Of a stretch of 64,000 nucleotides of DNA, positions 48,461 through 57,512 are shown piece by piece. A model generated the notes under the pieces. That model did not search any database and was not told the origin of the DNA. It saw only the letters and a list, made by a program, of their open reading frames with translations. Origin of the DNA: an uncultured Bdellovibrionales bacterium (lineage in GTDB: Bacteria; Patescibacteriota; Minisyncoccia; Moranbacterales; UBA1568); the NCBI GenBank assembly GCA_964530135.1, contig CAZGXN010000005.1:2269-66268 (forward strand), written 5' to 3'. The translations under genes and the position numbers were made by a program. How positions within the stretch are numbered: position 1 is the first letter of the stretch; each line of letters begins with the position of its first letter.

Positions 48461-50050
48461 TTACCAAGGGAGCCAGGAATGTGGTTTACGGTAAATTTTT
48501 CCTGACCGTTTGCCAGTATACACCCCATTTTCAATAGCCAAAATACCATTTACAAAGAGTGTTTCTACACCCACCGCATACTGATACGGGGCCTCCATGG
48601 TTGCTCGATCAGCTATAGTCTCGGGATCAAAAATGACAATATCAGCAGCATAACCCACCTTGAGAAATCCGCGTTTTTCAAGTTTGAACTTTTTCGCCGG
48701 CTTGCCAGTCATTTTATGGACCGCCTCTTCCCACGAAAGTGAGCTCTGACGCCGGACATACTCAGCAAAAACCCGAGGGAATGTCCCAAAATTTCTTGGA
48801 TGCACATGATCCCCTGTTTTAGCATGCTCAAGATCATACCCTGAACCGTTCGAGCTCACAATTGAGAATGGGTGCCGAATCGCCTTCTGAACATTTTTTT
48901 CAGAAAGGTTTTCAATGGAAACGATAGCCCGCCCCTCGCTCGCAAGGAGTATGTCGATAATAACTTCTTCTGGCGGTTTCCCGTGCAGTCGCGCGATATC
49001 AGACACTTTCCGCTGGGTGAGCATTTTACCCATATTTGTCATAGAGAGAAGCATCGAGGAATAGTCTGTACTGCTCTTTTTCATCTCAGTGATAACGGCA
49101 TCCCGAACCTTCAGATCACGCAGCCGTGCAAGCATCAACTTCGCCCCATTTTCCGTGATCCATGTCGGGAGAAATGTATAGAGGACTGAACCAGTGGCTG
49201 TGTAGGGATACACATCGAAACTGATATCTAGCTGATTGAGTGCTGCTGTCTCAATAAGATTAAATGCTTCATCCATCAGCGGCCAGTTGTTCTTACCAAC
49301 TGCCTTGAGGTGGGAGATATGGAGAGGCACTTTTGATTTACGGGCTACTGTCACCGCCTCCTCCACTGCTCTCACCAGCCCCTCGCCCTCATCCCGAACA
49401 TAGGTTGCATACACTCCTTTTTCTCCATGCACAAGTTCCACGAGACGGAGAATTTCATTGATATGCGCTCCCCGAGCATGTGTGTAGAGGAGACCTGTAG
49501 AAAATCCGATGGCCCCTTCATGGAAGGCCTGTTTCAAAAGTCGCTCCATCACCTCAACTTCAGCATCATGGATAGGTCGCGTCTCATCCTTCATCGCGCC
49601 CCGACGAAGAGTCCCGTGCCCAACAAGGGTGGCAAAATTCACTGCTGGTCGGCGTTTTTCCAGTGCCGAAAAAAATTCAGCCAATGTCAACCAATTGAAA
49701 TTAATCTTACTCACATCCGTCCATTTCTGGATCGAACGGATAATGTCTGGACGGGTGAGTGGTGCAAGTGAAGATCCAGAGTTACCACCAACAATCGTCG
49801 TTATCCCCTGATACAGCAGACTCTCAAGAGCAGGATGAGCGAGCAATTCCCAGTAGGTATCCGAGTGGTTATTAATATCGATGAATCCCGGGGCAACATA
49901 TTTTCCCGTCGCATCAATGACGCGTTCAGCTACGCCACTGACATTGCCGACGGCCACAATGCGATCCTCCTGAAGAGCGATATCGCCCTGAAACATCGGC
50001 TCACCAGAGCCATCAATGAGCGTCCCATTTTTGATAAGGACATCGTACAT
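48461..50050 (-). CDS. N-acyl-D-amino-acid deacylase (D-aminoacylase) family amidohydrolase
   Basis: MYDVLIKNGTLIDGSG...APGFIDINNHSDTYW metal-binding HxH-type N-terminus. Confidence 0.7.
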   Translation of the reverse strand: MYDVLIKNGTLIDGSGEPMFQGDIALQEDRIVAVGNVSGVAERVIDATGKYVAPGFIDINNHSDTYWELLAHPALESLLYQGITTIVGGNSGSSLAPLTRPDIIRSIQKWTDVSKINFNWLTLAEFFSALEKRRPAVNFATLVGHGTLRRGAMKDETRPIHDAEVEVMERLLKQAFHEGAIGFSTGLLYTHARGAHINEILRLVELVHGEKGVYATYVRDEGEGLVRAVEEAVTVARKSKVPLHISHLKAVGKNNWPLMDEAFNLIETAALNQLDISFDVYPYTATGSVLYTFLPTWITENGAKLMLARLRDLKVRDAVITEMKKSSTDYSSMLLSMTNMGKMLTQRKVSDIARLHGKPPEEVIIDILLASEGRAIVSIENLSEKNVQKAIRHPFSIVSSNGSGYDLEHAKTGDHVHPRNFGTFPRVFAEYVRRQSSLSWEEAVHKMTGKPAKKFKLEKRGFLKVGYAADIVIFDPETIADRATMEAPYQYAVGVETLFVNGILAIENGVYTGKRSGKIYRKPHSWLPW

Positions 50051-50071
50051 AGCGTCCCGGGTGAGTTTGTT

Positions 50072-51076
50072 TTATCTGACTAAAGCCGCCGCCTCAACGA
50101 GGCGGTTCGAGTAGCCCCATTCATTATCATACCACGCGACAACTTTTACGAGATCGCCATCAACCACCCGGGTTAGCGAGAGATCGACTGTTGATGAATG
50201 GGGATTGCCAATAAAGTCCGATGAAACCAGCGGCTCATTGGTTACAGCCAAGACATGTGCAAAACGCGGATTACGACTCGCCTCAGTCAGAACGGTATTG
50301 ATTTCCTCGACCGTCGTTTTCTTTTTGAGCAAAAATGTAAAATCCGTCAATGAAACAACGATAGTTGGAACACGAAAGGAAAGTCCATCGAAGCGATCTT
50401 TCAACTCAGGCATAACCTGTGTTACCGCGATAGCTGCCCCGGTGGTCGTTGGCACGATATTGTATGCGGCCGCTCGAGCACGACGCAAGTCTTTGTGCGG
50501 GCCATCCTGTAAATTTTGATCAGCCGTATACGAATGAATGGTGCTCATCAATGCCTTATCAATACCGAAGCGCTCATGCAACACCGTCGCCACAGGTGCC
50601 AGGGAATTCGTTGTGCAGGATGCGTTGGAAATAATGGTTTCCCCTGCATAACTATCAGCATTCACACCGATCAAGAAAGTCGGGACAGCTCCGTCATCTC
50701 CCTTCGATGGGGCAGACAGGATAACTTGTTTGGCACCAGCGGTAATATGCTGGGCCGAAGCTGCCTTGTCTGTAAAACGACCCGTACACTCAAGTACCAC
50801 ATCGACGGCCAGGGTCTGCCAGGGTAGCTTGAGTGGATCTGGCTCAGAAAAAACAGGGTACTCCTTCCCGTCAACGATCAGCTTGTGATCACCCGCCACA
50901 ACCGTCTTTGCATACCGACCATAGGCCGTGTCATAAGAGAGAAGGTGGGCAAGCACACTCGCTTCGGTCAAATCATTGATAGCGACGACTTCCATATCGG
51001 CCTTTTCGAGTGCGATCTTGAAAGCTGCCCGACCAATCCTTCCAAACCCATTAATGGCAATCCGCTTCTTTTCCAT
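50072..51076 (-). CDS. gap: glyceraldehyde-3-phosphate dehydrogenase
   Basis: INGFGRIGR NAD motif and active-site ASCTTN. Confidence 0.95.
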   Translation of the reverse strand: MEKKRIAINGFGRIGRAAFKIALEKADMEVVAINDLTEASVLAHLLSYDTAYGRYAKTVVAGDHKLIVDGKEYPVFSEPDPLKLPWQTLAVDVVLECTGRFTDKAASAQHITAGAKQVILSAPSKGDDGAVPTFLIGVNADSYAGETIISNASCTTNSLAPVATVLHERFGIDKALMSTIHSYTADQNLQDGPHKDLRRARAAAYNIVPTTTGAAIAVTQVMPELKDRFDGLSFRVPTIVVSLTDFTFLLKKKTTVEEINTVLTEASRNPRFAHVLAVTNEPLVSSDFIGNPHSSTVDLSLTRVVDGDLVKVVAWYDNEWGYSNRLVEAAALVR

Positions 51077-51093
51077 AACAATAGAGTTTATAT

Positions 51094-51954
51094 TTATGCT
51101 TTACCAGTTGAACCAAACAAATCCATCTTTACCTTCACTGCTTCACGGAAGCTCTCCCGCGCCGGCATGAGAATCTTACGAATATCAACTGCTGAATTTT
51201 CTGGAAGCGTCTCTCGAAGTGTCGTAATGAAGGCTGTTTTCGTCGCAGTCTCAACATTGAAACATGCCACCCCAAGATGGATGGCCTGCGTAACGGCATC
51301 CGACTGCCAATCGGAAGCCCCATGCAGCACGAGGGGGATGTTGATACGCTCACGAATCGCTGCGAGACGATCGAAGTCCGGCTCAGCTCGCTCAGGAAAT
51401 GATCCGTGTGCATTTCCGATACCGACGGCCAAAGTATCAATACCCGTTGCTCGGACATACATCTCGGCTTGCGCTGGATTTGTCATATATTTTTCCCAGT
51501 CCATATGGGCGACATCCGCGATCTCGCCTTGATAGGGTACATTGCCCAATTCTCCCTGGACTGTCGCCCCTTTGGCATGCGCCTCCTGGACGATCGTAGT
51601 CGTCGATGACTGATTCTCCTCATACGCGACTGTCGAGGCATCCAACATAACAGATTTAAAGCCAATCGCGAGCGCCTCACGGACAACTGCCATATTGCGG
51701 CCATGGTCGAGATGAATGGAAAATGGAATATCCGGGAAATAAAAATCAGCAATATTTTTTACTAAGTGATACATGGCTTGGCCACCGCCATACTGAAAAG
51801 TCTTCTCTGTCATCTGCACGATGACCGGTGACTGCCGATCGGCAGCAGCTTCGAAAATCGCCCAGGTCGTCTCGAGATTCACTGTATTGAAAGCGCCAAC
51901 TGCATATCCCTTTGATTGAGCCTCCACCAGCATCTGTTTGGACGATATGAGCAT
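51094..51954 (-). CDS. fba: fructose-bisphosphate aldolase, class II
   Basis: GYAVGAFNTVNLE...HLDHG class II aldolase signatures. Confidence 0.88.
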   Translation of the reverse strand: MLISSKQMLVEAQSKGYAVGAFNTVNLETTWAIFEAAADRQSPVIVQMTEKTFQYGGGQAMYHLVKNIADFYFPDIPFSIHLDHGRNMAVVREALAIGFKSVMLDASTVAYEENQSSTTTIVQEAHAKGATVQGELGNVPYQGEIADVAHMDWEKYMTNPAQAEMYVRATGIDTLAVGIGNAHGSFPERAEPDFDRLAAIRERINIPLVLHGASDWQSDAVTQAIHLGVACFNVETATKTAFITTLRETLPENSAVDIRKILMPARESFREAVKVKMDLFGSTGKA

Positions 51955-51963
51955 ATCCGTATC

Positions 51964-52740
51964 TTAGGCTTGGTGTAAATAATCTTCTGCATCGAGCATC
52001 ATCTTCACGAGCTCACGCGGATACAAACTCTCTCCACCGACGAGAACTCCGGACATCTCCGCCTCCCAAGAAACTGCCGAGAGTGTAGCTGCCTTGACCG
52101 ATCCACCGTATATCACCGCAATTCGCTCAGCCAAAGCCGGATCATACAGTTCAGAAAAAAGCTTGCGGAGATAAACTTTCACCTGAAGAATATCCGCGGT
52201 GGTAGGAATCAACCCCGTCCCAATCGCCCAACGTGGCTCGTAAGCAACGATAACTCGCTCCGCCAAGAGTGGCGAAAGATCGGCAAACACTGCCCGAACG
52301 GTCCGTTCAATGACTGCCATGGTTTCATCCCGCTGACGCTCCTCTGCCGTCTCTCCAAGACAGACAACTGGTGCTATTCCTTCCTTCAAGGCCAGCCGTG
52401 TCTTCAGCGCTACGAATGTATCTGTTTCACCGCCATACATCCGCCGTTCACTGTGTCCGAGAATCACAAAACTCACACCCGCATCCCGCAACATCAGCGG
52501 GGAAATCTCTCCTGTGAAAGCCCCTTTCGTTTCCCACGCCATGTTCTGTGCAGCCAGTGAAAAGCCCGGTGGGAGATGATTGAATGCATGCAAATGAATC
52601 GCCGGCGGTGCAATGACACCGCGCGTACGAACAAATGTCTTGCCCATTGACTCACGCCGGAGCTGAGACAAATATTCATTCACCTCCTGGTGATTCAGGA
52701 GATGGAGTTTTAAATTACCAATGACATAAAAAGGTGGCAT
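51964..52740 (-). CDS. tpiA: triosephosphate isomerase
   Basis: VAYEPRWAIGTG catalytic loop and IYGGSVK. Confidence 0.9.
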   Translation of the reverse strand: MPPFYVIGNLKLHLLNHQEVNEYLSQLRRESMGKTFVRTRGVIAPPAIHLHAFNHLPPGFSLAAQNMAWETKGAFTGEISPLMLRDAGVSFVILGHSERRMYGGETDTFVALKTRLALKEGIAPVVCLGETAEERQRDETMAVIERTVRAVFADLSPLLAERVIVAYEPRWAIGTGLIPTTADILQVKVYLRKLFSELYDPALAERIAVIYGGSVKAATLSAVSWEAEMSGVLVGGESLYPRELVKMMLDAEDYLHQA

Positions 52741-52743
52741 AGG

Positions 52744-53736
52744 CTACACGCTCGCGAGCGATTCACGGAGGAAGCTGGCGGCTTTTTCTGGTGTGATGGA
52801 AGATATCTCAATCCCCGTCGAGAGTTCAAAACCCGCCCAGGTCGCTGTATGCGGAGCGATCTCAATGTGCCACTGAAAGTGTGGGTAGTCCCGCCCATCA
52901 CAGGGTGCGGTGTAAAGATAAAAATTGTAAGCGGGATCACCGAGTGCCGTATGGAGTGATTGCAACGCTTTTCGCAAAGCCTCACCACAAGCAAATTTTT
53001 CTTCATCAGTAATCCGTTCAAAATACGGATTTGATCGTTTCCCTACTACCCAGAGCTCAAAGGCGACACGAGATGCATAGGGGGCAAAAACAACAAAGTC
53101 ATCATTTTCATAGACCAGACGCTTTTTCTTCTTGCATTCATGGTCCACCATCACACTGTAGACACGCTGATGATGGCTCCGATAGAAACGCTCCGCTCCG
53201 GAGAGAATTGACTCAACATACGGTGCGACGACTGGGATCGCCATCAATTGTGAGTGTGGGTGCGGAACCGAGGCACCCGCAGCCTTGCCATGATTATGAA
53301 AAATCTGGATATAACTGACACTCGCCTTGTTCATGAGTGCGAGGTAACGATCTTGATAGGCATCAAGTATTTCGGCAACCTGCCATGTCTCCAGCTCAGC
53401 AATCGACCGTCTCGCATCACGCGTAACGATGACCTCATGGTAACCGACTGCTGACATACCAAAGTAGGGCCCCTCGGCGAGTGATTTTGGCCGGCCATTG
53501 GAGGGTGAAACAGCGGGAAACTTGTTCGGAAATACTCGAAGACTCCAGTCTCCATCCGGTCGCATATAGATGAGCGTATCCTTCTCCTGCCCACTCGCTT
53601 CTGGATTCTCAAAAATATCCGATCCTGTCACACTCTCTGCTTGAGCTGACACACCAAACTCATCCGGTCGCTTGGCGCGGGCCGTTGCGATGATCACCCA
53701 ATCACCCGTCACCAGATCCTGACGAAGCTCAGACAT
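52744..53736 (-). CDS. galT: galactose-1-phosphate uridylyltransferase (HIT superfamily)
   Basis: HPHSQLMAIPV HxHxQ motif plus Cys/His zinc region. Start uncertain. Confidence 0.78.
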   Translation of the reverse strand: MSELRQDLVTGDWVIIATARAKRPDEFGVSAQAESVTGSDIFENPEASGQEKDTLIYMRPDGDWSLRVFPNKFPAVSPSNGRPKSLAEGPYFGMSAVGYHEVIVTRDARRSIAELETWQVAEILDAYQDRYLALMNKASVSYIQIFHNHGKAAGASVPHPHSQLMAIPVVAPYVESILSGAERFYRSHHQRVYSVMVDHECKKKKRLVYENDDFVVFAPYASRVAFELWVVGKRSNPYFERITDEEKFACGEALRKALQSLHTALGDPAYNFYLYTAPCDGRDYPHFQWHIEIAPHTATWAGFELSTGIEISSITPEKAASFLRESLASV

Positions 53737-53807
53737 CGAGTGATTTTTATTTTCTTCTCCGCCAACCATGTTTGTATGTTCGTGTGTTTTCTCTTTTGTT
53801 CCATTCC

Positions 53808-54584
53808 TCACGCTGCGTCTCGGTGATTGTTACTCAATCGATACTGACCAGTTATGAGTCGCCACTTCGTTTTGAAGAGATCAATGAGTACTTGAATGAA
53901 GCCGTTTGGTCCCGTAAGACTCACTGTCGACCCAGCCTCGTTCATCCAACGCACTGGAATCTGTTTTATTCTGAAGCCCAGCTTTTCAGCGAGAATAATA
54001 AGCTCAAAGTCAAAACCGAACCGATCAACGACCATCCGGCTTGCAACAGCATCAGCGGCTTCAGCCGAAAGTACTTTAAACCCGCATTGGGTGTCGGGAT
54101 AAGCCCAGAGACCCAAGACGATGCGGATAAGCCAATTCCCTCCTTCTCCCATAATTTCACGGTGGCGGGGCTGATGAACCTGAATGAAGGCCCCTTCTAC
54201 TTTTCGTGAACCGATGATAACCGCATACCCCTCTTCAAAAAGCGGGAAACATGCATCGAGATGCGAGATAGATGTCGATCCATCAGCATCAAGAAAGACA
54301 CGATACTCACCCGTACCCGCCAACAGGGCTTGCCGCACGGCCGCACCTTTGCCGCGATTCTCAGGATTATTGATCACCCGAAGGTGCGGAATCGTCAGTG
54401 CATAATTCGCCGCAATCTCAGCTGTATTATCTGGCGATCCGTCAACCACGACAATAATTTCATAAGTAAACGATTTCCCCTTCAGATAACGATCAATCTC
54501 GAGCAGATTGTGCCCAATGCGTTCCCCTTCTTTATATGCAGGAATCAAGACCGAGAGATACGGCTTCTCCATACGGACAGACAA
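53808..54584 (-). CDS. glycosyltransferase family 2, polyprenol-phosphate hexosyltransferase-like (DPM1/GtrB-like)
   Basis: LSVLIPAYKE...VVVDGSPDNT...FLDADGS GT2 DxD fold. Confidence 0.8.
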   Translation of the reverse strand: MSVRMEKPYLSVLIPAYKEGERIGHNLLEIDRYLKGKSFTYEIIVVVDGSPDNTAEIAANYALTIPHLRVINNPENRGKGAAVRQALLAGTGEYRVFLDADGSTSISHLDACFPLFEEGYAVIIGSRKVEGAFIQVHQPRHREIMGEGGNWLIRIVLGLWAYPDTQCGFKVLSAEAADAVASRMVVDRFGFDFELIILAEKLGFRIKQIPVRWMNEAGSTVSLTGPNGFIQVLIDLFKTKWRLITGQYRLSNNHRDAA

Positions 54585-54737
54585 TCAAAACTTACAGCCC
54601 CATTGTACCATATTCGGGCTGGATATATATAATAAATTGTGTCTTTCTCGAATGGAACGACCAGAAAATACCCATCAACCAAGTAGAAACGGTCATGCCG
54701 TGCCCCTTCATGGTATTCATCACGCTTCTCTTTCTTG

Positions 54738-54808
54738 TCGGGGCGTCGGGAATCGGACCCGAACTACAAGACCCCCAGCCTTGCGTACTACCACTATACT
54801 ACGCCCCG
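54738..54808 (-). tRNA. tRNA-Pro (anticodon GGG)
   Basis: Acceptor CGGGGCG/CGCCCCG, anticodon loop CTGGGGG, T-loop TCCGATT. Confidence 0.72.
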
Positions 54809-54997
54809 TAACAAAAATAGTGTACCACTGTTAGTAGATTGTCGGTACACTCCGAAGGCTCATTCCCCATCCATCTCATGTACCCGATAGAACATGCCAA
54901 AACAGGATGAGCCTATCAAAATTCAGGCAAAATGAAAAGGCGTCCTTGTAGGGAGCGCCTTAGCTGTGCCGCAGTGCGGCAATACATCGATTGGCCG

Positions 54998-55201
54998 TTA
55001 GGCCGGCGGTCGTCGGATACCCAAGATACCGTGTTCCCGCAAATTTTTGGGTGTATCAGCAATATTGGGATTGCCAGTGCACCACGGATCATCATCCATA
55101 TCGGCATCAGCATCGGAACGGTGCACCACCGGATGATTCGTTGAAGCCACGGGTTGCGTGTGGTCTAGGCCACTGAGGTCGCCGCCTTCTGCATTATTCA
55201 T
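54998..55201 (-). CDS. possible small acidic protein (67 aa)
   Basis: ATG preceded by CAGGAGAAAG SD-like sequence. Composition is otherwise unremarkable and it may be spurious. Confidence 0.2.
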   Translation of the reverse strand: MNNAEGGDLSGLDHTQPVASTNHPVVHRSDADADMDDDPWCTGNPNIADTPKNLREHGILGIRRPPA

Positions 55202-55261
55202 CTGCTTTCTCCTGATTTACGGGGGGAATACTCCCCGAGCGATTGTTGGCGAAATGAAAAA

Positions 55262-55768
55262 TCAAAGATCACAGCCTGAGGCAATCCGGATTTGGGCCGG
55301 CGTAATCCTCAGGGACAGGTTCTTCACAAAAACCCGTCGAACATCTTCTGGCGGCCGGCAATTCCGGGATTCCACCGAGAGACAGCAAGCCTTGCTGGAA
55401 AAAACCAAGTGGCAATTCGTCTGCTGAGCATGCGGACAGATCATCCTCGCACCATATGAATGAGTGCTCGACTGAACCGGTCGGATACCACCCGGAGATG
55501 GGTGGGTTGCCAACTGATTCGGCGCCAAAGACGCAACGGGCGCATCATTCACAGAAAGTTCTGGGAGATTATCCATATTTCTGATACTCCTCTCAATTGT
55601 TGAAGAACTGTTGAAGAATGTTTCTGCGCCGGGTAACGCTTTAAAAAAACGAAACCCGAACACTGCCGGGCTGGTGTCTGCGATGAATTGTATTTTTGTA
55701 TTGACAAACCGTACCCGGCCGGAATGAAGTTTTTTTATCAGACTTCCTTCTCGCTTCACTCTGGCCAT
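55262..55768 (-). CDS. doubtful hypothetical ORF downstream of the 37-bp palindrome
   Basis: Open frame with unusual Ser/Arg/Pro-rich composition. Could be non-coding. Confidence 0.2.
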   Translation of the reverse strand: MARVKREGSLIKKLHSGRVRFVNTKIQFIADTSPAVFGFRFFKALPGAETFFNSSSTIERSIRNMDNLPELSVNDAPVASLAPNQLATHPSPGGIRPVQSSTHSYGARMICPHAQQTNCHLVFSSKACCLSVESRNCRPPEDVRRVFVKNLSLRITPAQIRIASGCDL

Positions 55769-55788
55769 GCACTGTTCGATGTCAATAT

Positions 55789-55825
55789 GATATAACACTT
55801 GACAAAAATTGTCAAGTGTTATATC
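55789..55825. promoter_or_regulatory. 37-bp perfect palindrome GATATAACACTTGACAA-AAA-TTGTCAAGTGTTATATC containing TTGACA on both strands
   Basis: 17-bp perfect inverted arms verified base by base. Lies 25 bp 3' of the ndk stop and overlaps a candidate TTGACA-17-TATCAT promoter for the minus-strand downstream region. Confidence 0.6.
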
Positions 55826-55849
55826 GCAACTTCTTTGATGTGTACGCCC

Positions 55850-56455
55850 CTACTCAAGAATCCCGTCAAGATTCACATCATACAGAATTTGTTCCTGAAC
55901 AAGGCGATACTTCAAGATGTCCGATTTTTCAAACCAGATTGGAATCTCTCGTTCAGCCTCCTCAGGACTATCTGAACAGTGCACCAGATTGCGAACCGCC
56001 CGATTATCGATAGACGAGAGTGCATATGAATCAACGGTCAGATCGCCGCGAATCGTACCCACATCCGAGGTTGTCGGTTCAGTCCCACCCACAAGTTTTT
56101 TCACAATTGCGACTGCTTGATTGCCCTCAACGACAAAGGCAAGTACTGGACCAGATGTAAAGAAATCGACATTTGCCTGAATGATATCTTTACCATATTC
56201 AATTGGCTCCTTTTCAATGGGAAGATTTTGGGCCTGACGATCATCGACAACCCGATGACCTTTTTTCAGAAACCACTCCTCATCTTTATTATAATGCTTC
56301 CAACACTGTTCGGCCCGCGGCACAACCAGACGCATTGCAACAAACTTGAGGCCCGTATTTTCAATCCGACTAATAATAGTCCCCATCAGTGAGCGCTGGA
56401 TAGCATCGGGTTTCAGAATAACCAGCGAACATTCTTTCTTTGGATGCAAAGCCAT
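55850..56455 (-). CDS. ndk: nucleoside diphosphate kinase (long form with insertion)
   Basis: LVILKPDAIQRSLMGTIISRIENTGLKFVAMRLV and active-site NLVHCSD. An ~60-aa insertion relative to canonical 140-aa NDK. Confidence 0.85.
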   Translation of the reverse strand: MALHPKKECSLVILKPDAIQRSLMGTIISRIENTGLKFVAMRLVVPRAEQCWKHYNKDEEWFLKKGHRVVDDRQAQNLPIEKEPIEYGKDIIQANVDFFTSGPVLAFVVEGNQAVAIVKKLVGGTEPTTSDVGTIRGDLTVDSYALSSIDNRAVRNLVHCSDSPEEAEREIPIWFEKSDILKYRLVQEQILYDVNLDGILE

Positions 56456-56621
56456 AACTTCCTTACAATAAAATAAAGTGACTGATTTTCGAATGCATTA
56501 TGACACGAAAATTTCCGCGAAACAATACATCGTAACTTTCCCCATGTCGGAAACAGTATACAGACTCAATCTCACTTTGGCAAGGTTCGGCAATACCAGC
56601 TCAATCTTTTTGTCCGCAAGC

Positions 56622-57512
56622 TCACTCTACACGATGGCATTGATTTGTCTGAGTGCTACAGCGATACATGATGTCGCCGACCATATCCGTTCGGACAATA
56701 GCTACCCCATGAGACCGGAGCCGTTCCAAAACAGTGGCATGCGGATGACCATAGCTATTCTTCCCGACCGAGATGACAGCTTCTTTGGGTTGAATCAGAT
56801 TGAGCAATCCCTCGCTGGTTGAATACCGCGATCCATGATGTGCGACTTTCAATACATCAACGGTTTCGAGATCTGGAATAAATTGCTCCTCATCCGGCAG
56901 ATCGCCAGTGAGGAGAGCGCTCGTTTCACCAAAATCAAAACGACTGACTATACTTCCCTCATTGGTCTCAGAAATATCCGCCGGAAGCAACGTATCTGGA
57001 AAGATGATGGAAAGCTGACCACCCCGTGGAAGTGTGATTGATGTCCCCCGAAGTGCCGGTAGGAGACGGGCTGCCTCAGGAACGAGCCCCGAATAAAACA
57101 TCTGAGCGGAGGCTGTTTTGGCTCGTGCGCCCGTGTCAAATACAGTCTTCACCTGATAACGCTCGAGTAAAGCTGATAACCCGCCGATATGATCAGCATC
57201 TGGATGTGTTGGGATGAGAACTTCGATGGTCCGATCATAAAATGGTATGTATCGCCCCAGTCGAGAGAGAAGCTGACGACCATCTCGCCCACCATCAATA
57301 ACGATCTGGTTCATCCCCTGACTGATAAGTATGGCATCCCCTTGCCCCACTGAGAGGAATATCACGCGCGTCTCACTGGCATTCACATGGATAGCATACA
57401 GCCACACGCCACACGCTATCACGAGTGCACCGAGCAATCCAGCAAAAACAGTTTTAGTGATCCACCCCCAGTACATAGCGTTGGCGTAATTGTTCGAACC
57501 CAAACACCGCAA
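56622..57512 (-). CDS. comEC: ComEC/Rec2-type metallo-beta-lactamase domain protein (C-terminal module of ComEC as a separate ORF)
   Basis: SVGQGDAILI...THPDADHIGGL...VAHHGSRYS MBL motifs, with its own N-terminal TM. Confidence 0.75.
   Translation of the reverse strand: MRCLGSNNYANAMYWGWITKTVFAGLLGALVIACGVWLYAIHVNASETRVIFLSVGQGDAILISQGMNQIVIDGGRDGRQLLSRLGRYIPFYDRTIEVLIPTHPDADHIGGLSALLERYQVKTVFDTGARAKTASAQMFYSGLVPEAARLLPALRGTSITLPRGGQLSIIFPDTLLPADISETNEGSIVSRFDFGETSALLTGDLPDEEQFIPDLETVDVLKVAHHGSRYSTSEGLLNLIQPKEAVISVGKNSYGHPHATVLERLRSHGVAIVRTDMVGDIMYRCSTQTNQCHRVE

Noticed and set aside
54840-55790. RNase P RNA, tmRNA or SRP RNA in the ORF-poor region between tRNA-Pro and ndk
   Set aside because: I looked for the P4 consensus (AGGAAAGTCCGGGC), the tmRNA tRNA-like ends and the SRP domain IV motif on both strands and found none. 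Only local hairpins are present, so no ncRNA is called.
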